NCBI GenBank assembly: GCA_913043225.1
Contig: CAJWLU010000006.1
Span: forward strand, 45,465 to 109,464
DNA from: an uncultured Acidobacteriota bacterium
Lineage (GTDB): Bacteria; Acidobacteriota; Vicinamibacteria; Vicinamibacterales; UBA8438
DNA length: 64,000 nucleotides
Direction of reading: 5' to 3'
Both the position numbers and the translations under genes were made by a program. Each line of letters begins with the position of its first letter. Position 1 is the first letter of the stretch. Positions 26,526 to 34,288 of this stretch are shown here, piece after piece. A model generated the notes under the pieces. That model was not told the DNA's origin. It did not search any database and was given only the letters and a program-made list of their open reading frames with translations.

Positions 26526-28610
26526 CTAGTAACCCCCGCTGGCCGGTGCAGCCTCTGGGACGGCTACCGCGGCGATACCGTCAGCCAGTTGGACGATGAT
26601 GTACTGGTGCCCGTCGTGCACCCAGCTCGACATGCCGTAGCGCGTCACGCCCGGAATCTCGATGCCGCCGACCCGCTCGCCCGTCCGCTTGTCATAGGCG
26701 TAGAGCATCGGGGTGTTGTCGGCGCTCAAGCCCCCGGCAACCAGGAGCGTAGGTGTGACCACCATGGCCGCGTTCCCGCCACGGCCGCGGTTGATCTCAA
26801 TGTTCTCGAGCCCCTGGACCAGCGGGTGGTTCCGGATGGTGTCCTGCTGAGCCTCTGACGCATCGGAGGAGGGTACCGCCCACAGGTGGTCACCGGTGTT
26901 GAGGTCGATGGCCGTGATGCGACCCACTGGACCCTTCCAGATAGGAAGTCCGTCGATGGTGAACTGCTCGATGCTCCCGCGGACCGTCGTGGCCACCGCC
27001 GCGAAGTCGGTGTGCGTCGTGCCAGATTGTTCGAGCTCATCGAGTGGTGAGTCGACGCCAGGCATCACTTGAAGCCTGAAGCAACTGCTCTGCGAGCTGA
27101 CGAAGATCACCCCGTTCACCGGATCGGCGACTGCGGGGCCGGTGATGTTGGTGCCGCCGCCGCCGCCCGGACAGTTCCACGCTGGGCCAGCTGGATCGTC
27201 GGTGTGGGTGGGGGGATCGAACAGCCCGTTAAAGAGGTTGTTCTCCTCGGCCACCTGGCGCGCCATCTCCTTGATCTCGGGCGTGTAGTCGATCAGGTGA
27301 TCCTCGGTTCGTCCCTGCAGGTCATAGGGGGCAGGCTTGGTGGGGAAGGGCTGGGTTTCAGACAGCTTCTCTCCAGGAATTCTCGAGCTGGGAACCGGTC
27401 GCTCCTCGATCGGCCAGATCGGCTCGCCAGTCTCCCGGTCGAGAGCGTAGAGGAACGCCTGTTTGGTGGCCTGAAAGAGCCCCTTGATCTCACGACCGTC
27501 GACGGTTACGTCCATCAAGACCGGTGCGGTGGGAGTGTCGTAGTTCCAGATGTCGTGGTGCACCATCTGATAATGCCACTCCCGTTCACCGGTATCGGCA
27601 TTCAGCGCGATGATGCTCGTGCTGAATAGGTTGTCGCCAGGGTGATGTCCCCCGTAGTAGTCGATGGTGGGGCCGTTCGTTACGATGTAGACCAGCCCGA
27701 GCTCGGGGTCGGCTGCCATTGGAGCCCACGACGAGACGTCGCCGATCCACTGCCAAGCGTCGTTTTCCCAGGTATCGTGCCCGAACTCGCCGGGCCGCGG
27801 GACTACGTTGAACTTCCACTTGTGCTCGCCCGTCCGCACGTCGTAGCCGAGGATGTCTCCGGGGACGTTCTCGACGCGGGTCTGAAGGTAGCCCTGCTCG
27901 GCCGAGTTGCCCACGACGATGGTGTCGTTGACGACGATCGGCGGCGACGAAGCGGTGATGTAGCCGATTTCGATCGGGATGCCCTGGCCGGCGTCATAGG
28001 GGCGGTCCATGGCGAGCCACGGCCCCCAGTCGGCGATAAGGTCCTCGACCAAGTCGACCGTGCCGGTCTCGTTGAAGCCGTCGATCGGCACAGGACGACC
28101 CCAGTTCTCGAGCGGTTTTCCGGTCTCGACATCGAGGGCGTGGAGGAAGAACGCCGGGGAACTAATGAACACCACCCCGCGGCCATCGATCTCGGTGTAG
28201 GCGATGCCCTTGCCGTACCCCTTCCGCATGGAATAGTCGTGGCGAAATGTGTTGGGCTCGCGAAAGCTCCAGATCAGGTCCCCATTCTTCGGATCGATCG
28301 CCACAACGTGACGCCGGTCACCGGCGACCGTGATGAGCTTGCCGTCGATGTAGGATGGCGTAGCGCGCGGGGTGCTGGGGCCGAAGCTGGTCGCGCTCCA
28401 CTCCCACACGACCTCGAGGTCGTTGAAGTTGTCGGCCGTGATCTCGGTGGCCGGGGTGTATCGGGTATGCCAGGCGTCGCCGCCCAGATAGGTCCAGTTG
28501 CCATTCTCGGTGCCAGGCCCTTGAGCCAGCGCCGCACCGGGGAGGGCAAGTGCGCAGGCTAGCGCCGCCGCCAGCGCGAGCGGGGGCCTGCGTCGTTCGG
28601 TGGCTCTCAT
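26526..28610 (-). CDS. PQQ-dependent dehydrogenase (glucose-dehydrogenase-like, soluble), PQQ-3
   Basis: ORF 26526-28715(-). ATG 28610 gives MRATERRRPPLALAAALACALALPGAALAQ. Propeller repeats (AIDPKNGDLIW, ALDVETGKPL, GYDVRTGEHKW, ALNADTGEREWHYQ, ALDRETGEPIW, AIDLNTGDHLW, AYDKRTGERV). HHDIWNYDTP region. Confidence 0.88.
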   Translation of the reverse strand: MRATERRRPPLALAAALACALALPGAALAQGPGTENGNWTYLGGDAWHTRYTPATEITADNFNDLEVVWEWSATSFGPSTPRATPSYIDGKLITVAGDRRHVVAIDPKNGDLIWSFREPNTFRHDYSMRKGYGKGIAYTEIDGRGVVFISSPAFFLHALDVETGKPLENWGRPVPIDGFNETGTVDLVEDLIADWGPWLAMDRPYDAGQGIPIEIGYITASSPPIVVNDTIVVGNSAEQGYLQTRVENVPGDILGYDVRTGEHKWKFNVVPRPGEFGHDTWENDAWQWIGDVSSWAPMAADPELGLVYIVTNGPTIDYYGGHHPGDNLFSTSIIALNADTGEREWHYQMVHHDIWNYDTPTAPVLMDVTVDGREIKGLFQATKQAFLYALDRETGEPIWPIEERPVPSSRIPGEKLSETQPFPTKPAPYDLQGRTEDHLIDYTPEIKEMARQVAEENNLFNGLFDPPTHTDDPAGPAWNCPGGGGGTNITGPAVADPVNGVIFVSSQSSCFRLQVMPGVDSPLDELEQSGTTHTDFAAVATTVRGSIEQFTIDGLPIWKGPVGRITAIDLNTGDHLWAVPSSDASEAQQDTIRNHPLVQGLENIEINRGRGGNAAMVVTPTLLVAGGLSADNTPMLYAYDKRTGERVGGIEIPGVTRYGMSSWVHDGHQYIIVQLADGIAAVAVPEAAPASGGY

Positions 28611-28690
28611 ACGCCTTCTGCTCCTGGTAGTGTGTTCGGAACGCTCCGTCGACCATGTCATGGTAACAGCCAGCAGGGGCAGATGAGAAG

Positions 28691-29476
28691 GTGAGCACAG
28701 ACCCGCACCGCCCACACGACGCGTACTCCCGCGTGAACTACCGCCGTCTGTTTGCCTGGGAGCAGCGCATTACTCGCGAGGCGCCGCTCTTGCTAAGGCT
28801 GCTAGAGCAGGCACCAGACCGCTCGGTCCTGGACCTGGGCTGCGGCACTGGGGAGCATGTGGCGTTCTTTGCGGAGCAGGGAGCGCGTGCTGTGGGTCTC
28901 GATCTCTCGGACTCGATGATCTCGGTGGCACGTGGCTACGAGGAGGCGGGAAAGGGCCGCTTCGTGTTGGGCGACGCGACGGAAGCGCAGGCCCTGCTTG
29001 TCGACGATCCACCGTTTGGACTGGCGATTTGCCTGGGCAACATGTTGCCGCACCTCGAGGACGCGGATCTGGGCCGGTTCCTGCAGGCCACGCGGGCAAA
29101 GCTACTGCCTGGGGGCACAGTGATGATCCAGTTGCTCAACTATGAGCCGGTGCTCGACGGTGGGCGACGGGCGCTCCCGGTAAACGTCCGCTCGGGTGAC
29201 GACGGCAAGGAGATCGTGTTCGTGCGGGTGATGTCGAGGGGCGCGCCGGGTCGCGTACTGTTCTTCCCCTCGACGTTGGAGCTCGACCCTAAAGCGAAAG
29301 AGCCGCTCAGTGTGAGGTCGAGTAGACGGCTTGACCTTCGCGCCTGGACGAGGGATGACCTCGAGCCGGTACTAGACGAAGTTGGCTTCGACGCTAGCTT
29401 CGCCGGTGAGATAACGGGCGCGGAATTCGAGCCGAACCGTTCTGCGGACCTGGTCGTGATGGCTCGGCGTCGTTGA
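28691..29476 (+). CDS. Class I SAM-dependent methyltransferase
   Basis: 261-aa ORF (GTG start). Motif I VLDLGCGTGEH followed by AVGLDLS. Confidence 0.85.
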   Translation: MSTDPHRPHDAYSRVNYRRLFAWEQRITREAPLLLRLLEQAPDRSVLDLGCGTGEHVAFFAEQGARAVGLDLSDSMISVARGYEEAGKGRFVLGDATEAQALLVDDPPFGLAICLGNMLPHLEDADLGRFLQATRAKLLPGGTVMIQLLNYEPVLDGGRRALPVNVRSGDDGKEIVFVRVMSRGAPGRVLFFPSTLELDPKAKEPLSVRSSRRLDLRAWTRDDLEPVLDEVGFDASFAGEITGAEFEPNRSADLVVMARRR

Positions 29477-29480
29477 GAGA

Positions 29481-31214
29481 TCAGTTCGCGGCGAGGCAGT
29501 CACCGCCGTTGACCGGCTGCCAGCGGGGCCTGCCGAACTCGTCCGCGTGCAGGCGGCCACCCCGGGCTCGCAGCCAGTCGGCAGTTGCATCGCGCACCAG
29601 TGGCGCGGCTGAGAGGGTTTCCGCAGGTCCCGACAGGGTGCCGACACCCACCCGCCGACCGAAGAAATCCGTCGCGGCCACCGTCAGACGTGCGTCCGGG
29701 TGAATGGGCTCACCAGAAACGTGTGCCAGTGTTATGTCCGCGCCGTCCGGCGCACACGTCACCCGCACCAGCATCCCGGCCACGCTCGGAATACCGCTCC
29801 AAGAACGAGCCACCGAGAGTGCCAGGAGACCAGCGAGGTCGCGGCCGGTCAAAGATAAGGTCACCACGCGGTTGTCGAACGGGAACGCGTCGTAGAGGAG
29901 TCCCTGGGTGAGGGGGCCAGCGGGGAGACTGGCGCGCAGACCGCCACGACGGACCCCCAGTCCGACAGCCACATCGGCATCTGGCACGGCCGAGAGGAGC
30001 GCCTCGGCAAAGAGGTTGCCCAGCGGCGATTCGAAACCGTCAGTACGCCGGTCAAGTGGTGTGACCAGGGTCACACCCACCGGTGCGGTTCGCCACGTAT
30101 TCACCCTGTCGAGCTGTGGCCGCATTGCCGCAGCCACGTTGGGATCGGGCTGGAGGAGCTCACCCTCATAGGTTGAGCGCGCGACTCCTGCGGTTGCGCA
30201 GGCGCCCTGGCTGTCGACGAAGGCGCAGACCCCCTGGGGGGCAAAGATGTGGCTCTCGACTACGCCGGTTCCGGGCTGCACGAGTAAGTCGAGTCGTGCG
30301 AATGCGGCGCCACGCTGGAACGCTTGGACGATCGGGATGCCGGCCACTTCGTGACCGACCCCGGCATGCGTGTGTCCGGCTACGATGCCATCCACGAGGC
30401 CTGGAGGGAGCTGTCGCGCAAGGGTGAAGACCTCGGAATCGTCGCCACACGAAGTGAGATTTTGAGGATCGTCGAATCGCTCGCACCAACCGCCGGCATG
30501 GGAGAGTACGAGAACAATATCGGCGCCGCGTTCTCGAAGACGCCGTGCCTCGGCCTCCACCGCAGGGAGTAGCGGACGCGTGCTGAGCCCCTGCACGTTG
30601 GCCTGGATCGTCTGGCGAAGCCCGCCGTAAGTCATCACCCCGATGATGCCGATCTGAATGCCAGCGGTTTCAATCAGGGTCGAAGGCTGAACATTCGGCC
30701 AGGACACAGGTATGCCAGTGGCGTTGTCGATCACATTCGCCGCCAGGAAGGGGAAGCGGGCGCGGGCGGCAGCCGCTTTGAGGGCGCCCCGCATGTCTGT
30801 CGCTGCCGGACCGCTCGCGCCGTCGAGCGCGCCGTACTCGAAGTCGTGGTTTCCGACAGCGAGCGCGTGATAGCCCAGTGCGTTGTAGGCGTCGATGACG
30901 AGCGCACCTTCCGACAGGTTGGACTCGATCCCGCCCTGGAACGTGTCTCCGGCGTCGAGAAGTAGCACGGCGCCGCCGTCTTTGGCTCGAGCCGCGCGGA
31001 GATTGCGTAGGTATCCACCCAGGAGGGCGAGGCCGCCTCGACCATTCGCCGAGAAGACGCGTCCGTGCAGGTCGGTGGTGCCAACGATGGAAAGAACGAC
31101 CGCGCTGGGTGGTTGCGCAGGTTGAGCGTTAGCCGAGGCCTGGGCGCAAGCCCAGACCGCGAGCATAGAGAATAGGGCGCAACGGCCACCGGAGGTCCCG
31201 GCCCTCCGAGGCAT
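29481..31214 (-). CDS. 5'-nucleotidase / UshA-like metallophosphoesterase, exported
   Basis: 577-aa ORF with a signal peptide. Metallophosphatase motifs GTTDLHG, DAGDTFQG, GNHDFEYG, plus a C-terminal nucleotidase-type domain. Confidence 0.85.
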   Translation of the reverse strand: MPRRAGTSGGRCALFSMLAVWACAQASANAQPAQPPSAVVLSIVGTTDLHGRVFSANGRGGLALLGGYLRNLRAARAKDGGAVLLLDAGDTFQGGIESNLSEGALVIDAYNALGYHALAVGNHDFEYGALDGASGPAATDMRGALKAAAARARFPFLAANVIDNATGIPVSWPNVQPSTLIETAGIQIGIIGVMTYGGLRQTIQANVQGLSTRPLLPAVEAEARRLRERGADIVLVLSHAGGWCERFDDPQNLTSCGDDSEVFTLARQLPPGLVDGIVAGHTHAGVGHEVAGIPIVQAFQRGAAFARLDLLVQPGTGVVESHIFAPQGVCAFVDSQGACATAGVARSTYEGELLQPDPNVAAAMRPQLDRVNTWRTAPVGVTLVTPLDRRTDGFESPLGNLFAEALLSAVPDADVAVGLGVRRGGLRASLPAGPLTQGLLYDAFPFDNRVVTLSLTGRDLAGLLALSVARSWSGIPSVAGMLVRVTCAPDGADITLAHVSGEPIHPDARLTVAATDFFGRRVGVGTLSGPAETLSAAPLVRDATADWLRARGGRLHADEFGRPRWQPVNGGDCLAAN

Positions 31215-31295
31215 TGGTCCTACCAGGCGACGATAGAGCAGGCCCCGGGCAGCTTCTTGAGCCAGGCGCGAGGAATCATCGATAGCATGGGCCTC

Positions 31296-32159
31296 CTAGG
31301 CGAGCGCCTCCTCGAAGATCGCGAGCATTCGGGCCCAGGCCTGCTCGGCCAGCGCCTCGTCGTAGACACGGGAGTCGGGCGGACACCAGCCGTGCAGTGC
31401 GTCATAGACCTCGATTTCGGCTGGCACGCTGGCCGAGGCGAATGCGTCGCGCAGTACGTCCTTGGCCTCGGGCTCGTTCTCATCGTCGTTCGAGGCAATC
31501 GCGATCAGCAGATGTGCCTCCATCTGTGGGATCAGCAGGTGGGGGCTGTCCTCGCCATCGGTCACGAGACCGCCTCCGTGGAAGGACGCGCCAGCCCCGA
31601 CCCGGTCAGGCAGCGTGGCGGCGGTGCGCATGACAAACGGGCCGCCCATGCAATAGCCCATCGTGCCCATCTTGCGGTTCGAGTCGACCGAGGTCTGCTC
31701 GTCGAGCCATCCGACGAAGGCTCTGGCGTCGGTTACCTGGGTGTCTGGGTTTAGCGTGCCCATCAGTGGGCGGATAATGCCGCTGACTTCCGAGAAGTCG
31801 TTGGAACTAACTATGGGCGCTCGCTGCGACCGATAGTACTGGTTGACCACGAGCACGGAATAGCCCGATTCCGCGAGCCGTTTGGCCATCTGGCGTTTCG
31901 CCGGTCGGAGACCGAAGGCGTCGGGCCAAATCAGCACGCCCGGATGGGTCCCGCTTGCGGGATGCACAAAGTAGCTGTCGGCCACTCCGTCAGGGGTCGT
32001 GATGTCGATCTCATGCTCGGTGACCGCTTGGGCGTTGGCCGGGCTTGGAAGCAAGGCGGCGAGCCCGGCGACTGCCGATGCCGCGCCAAACTGTCGTCGT
32101 GTGATCCGCTGTCCGCTGAGAAAGTCCGCGTTTGCCGATTCGGTTCGTTCGTCACACAT
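31296..32159 (-). CDS. Dienelactone hydrolase family protein with twin-arginine leader
   Basis: 287-aa ORF. Leader QRITRRQFGAASAVAGLAALLPSPANAQ. PGVLIWPDAFG and nucleophile context MGYCMGG. Confidence 0.8.
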   Translation of the reverse strand: MCDERTESANADFLSGQRITRRQFGAASAVAGLAALLPSPANAQAVTEHEIDITTPDGVADSYFVHPASGTHPGVLIWPDAFGLRPAKRQMAKRLAESGYSVLVVNQYYRSQRAPIVSSNDFSEVSGIIRPLMGTLNPDTQVTDARAFVGWLDEQTSVDSNRKMGTMGYCMGGPFVMRTAATLPDRVGAGASFHGGGLVTDGEDSPHLLIPQMEAHLLIAIASNDDENEPEAKDVLRDAFASASVPAEIEVYDALHGWCPPDSRVYDEALAEQAWARMLAIFEEALA

Positions 32160-32209
32160 CAGGGACCTCCGAGTGAGCCACTGGATTACTGCGAGGCCTC
32201 CATCTTATG

Positions 32210-32920
32210 TCAGTCGGCCGGAGGGTGGGGTGCACGCTGATAGCGGAGCGCATTTCCCTCCTTTCCGCAGATGGTAAGGGCGCCGCCCTCGCGCAGGACG
32301 TAGGCTAGTTTCTGCGCCAGCCGGCGGGGCTGGGCGAGTGCCTCTCCTAGCTCGGCCGTTGTGAACTGCTCCGGAAGCGGAGAGCGGAGGAGTCCGAATA
32401 GGTCGTGGAGTGCACGGAAGCGGTGCCGGCTAACAATGCGGGTTAGCTCTCGCGATTCGACCCGCCAGCCGCCTCGACGCCGAGTCCGCTTCGGATCGTA
32501 TCTCCGGAGTTCGTCTAGTTCGACCATCACGACCTCGATCTCGAAATTGGGGTGAGCGAGCAGGTCGGGAATGTAGACGAGTTCTGAGGCGACGAGAGCT
32601 GGGTGACCGTGTTTGGGGGATCTGCGACAGGTGGGGGGACTGACCCCGTCCATCGAGAGCTTCACGATCCGGTAACGTGCCGCGATCGGATGCACGAGGA
32701 CGACGCGGTGTTGCTGGAGGAGCGCCCGCAGTTTTCGACGGATGGCGCTAAAGCCGGCCGTCTGGATTTCATACAGGACGCCGTCCGTGCCTCGGACGTC
32801 TGCCACGAAGTCGCCAGCGGGCACCTCGATCGCGCTATCGCCCGACCGCCCATACTGGTGTAAATACTCAAGCTTGAGTGCTTCGTGTAGCGGTCCCTCG
32901 TTCAGCGTTCCGATGGGCAT
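32210..32920 (-). CDS. Hypothetical protein, possible PD-(D/E)xK nuclease fold
   Basis: 236-aa ORF with no signal peptide. N-terminal GTLNEGPLHEALK, then DFVADV...VLYEIQTAGF (D...D-x(n)-E-x-Q pattern). The C-terminal third looks winged-helix-like. No family name recognised. Confidence 0.6.
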   Translation of the reverse strand: MPIGTLNEGPLHEALKLEYLHQYGRSGDSAIEVPAGDFVADVRGTDGVLYEIQTAGFSAIRRKLRALLQQHRVVLVHPIAARYRIVKLSMDGVSPPTCRRSPKHGHPALVASELVYIPDLLAHPNFEIEVVMVELDELRRYDPKRTRRRGGWRVESRELTRIVSRHRFRALHDLFGLLRSPLPEQFTTAELGEALAQPRRLAQKLAYVLREGGALTICGKEGNALRYQRAPHPPAD

Positions 32921-33251
32921 GCTGCGACCTTCAATAACGCCTCAGGTGCTGCTATGTGAGTCGACTGCCGCTCGCCACTCGCACGGTTCGGAGTCAAAGC
33001 GAGACGCGATCTCACCGATCTGGCCGCTATAGTAGCGGGAAGGTGAGCCTCTCAGGATGGCAGGAGAAGGGAGACCTCTGGGTTGTTTCGAGCTGCCAAA
33101 CCTGCTCTGCAAGCGCGGTCTCGCGGTTGCCGGCTGGAACTCAGCCACAGTGAGATTGTCGCATGGTGGCCCGGATACCGCTTGTCAGGGGGCGAGGGGA
33201 CGTCTAGTGTGGGGCATACAGGAATCAGCTCGGTCCGGAAGGAGCCTGAAG

Positions 33252-34241
33252 ATGCGTCAGCGAAGTCTTGCCGCAGTGTTCGTCCTGAGTGCGATCGTGA
33301 CACCGATGCTGATGTCGGCGCAGGACGCCGGGGGTGTACCGATGCGGACCGTGGACGGACATCCTGACATTTCCGGGATGTTTACCTTTCGGACCCTGAC
33401 GCCGTTCGAGCGTCCGGCGCAATTCGAGGGGCTAGAAACTTTAGGTGTCGAAGAAGCCGCTGCGTTCGAAGCATCGGAACGGACTCGTCAGAACCGCGAC
33501 CTATTCGATCCGGAGAGGGGCGCTCGCACCGCCGGGTACGCGCCACGGTCGGAAGGCGGGGTGCTCTCCTATAACGAGTTCTGGTACGAGCGCGGGGTCG
33601 AGTTAACGTCGGACAAGCGGACGTCGCTCATCGTTGACCCGCCGGACGGGCGGCGCCCTCCGAGGACTGCGGCCGGGCAGGCGGCGTTGGCTCGCCGCCG
33701 TGCGCACACCGAGGTCCACCGCTACGACTCGTATGAAAACCGTACGATGTCCGACCGGTGCCTCGGCACGTCGCTGGCGGGCCCCCCGATGCGATCGGGC
33801 GCCTACAACAACAACGCGATGATCTTCCAGACGGCTGACTATGTAGTCATCCAGAACGAGATGGCGAATCAGTCGCGCATCATCCCACTCGACGATCGGG
33901 TGAGGCCCCCATTTGCTCAGCTGAAGGGTCTGTCTCGCGGGCGGTGGGAAGGGGAGACTCTGGTTGTCGAGACGACGAACTTTCGGGCAGATAGTTCGGT
34001 GACTGGCCAGAACTTGCACTTGGTCGAGCGGTTGACCCGGCTCGACGCTGACACCGTGACCTACGAATACACCGTGACCGACCCCACGGTGTTTACGGCG
34101 CCCTATACCGTCATGATGCCGCTTCGACGGACCGACGGTCCGATCTTCGAATACGCCTGCCACGAGGGGAATATTGGGATGTACGGCATTCTGGCCGGAG
34201 CGCGTAATCTAGAGCGGCTTGGCCGCGAATTGCGCCCTTAA
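33252..34241 (+). CDS. Exported protein of unknown function, EYACHEGNYG-motif family, paralog P3
   Basis: ORF 33057-34241. ATG 33252 is preceded by GGAAGGAG. Signal peptide (AAVFVLSAIVTPMLMSAQ). Family blocks are present and it ends ..FEYACHEGNIGMYGILAGARNLERLGRELRP. Confidence 0.85.
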   Translation: MRQRSLAAVFVLSAIVTPMLMSAQDAGGVPMRTVDGHPDISGMFTFRTLTPFERPAQFEGLETLGVEEAAAFEASERTRQNRDLFDPERGARTAGYAPRSEGGVLSYNEFWYERGVELTSDKRTSLIVDPPDGRRPPRTAAGQAALARRRAHTEVHRYDSYENRTMSDRCLGTSLAGPPMRSGAYNNNAMIFQTADYVVIQNEMANQSRIIPLDDRVRPPFAQLKGLSRGRWEGETLVVETTNFRADSSVTGQNLHLVERLTRLDADTVTYEYTVTDPTVFTAPYTVMMPLRRTDGPIFEYACHEGNIGMYGILAGARNLERLGRELRP

Positions 34242-34288
34242 AGTCGAATTCAAATCGTAAGCTCCGTCGCTATCGCAAGGAGAAGTAG

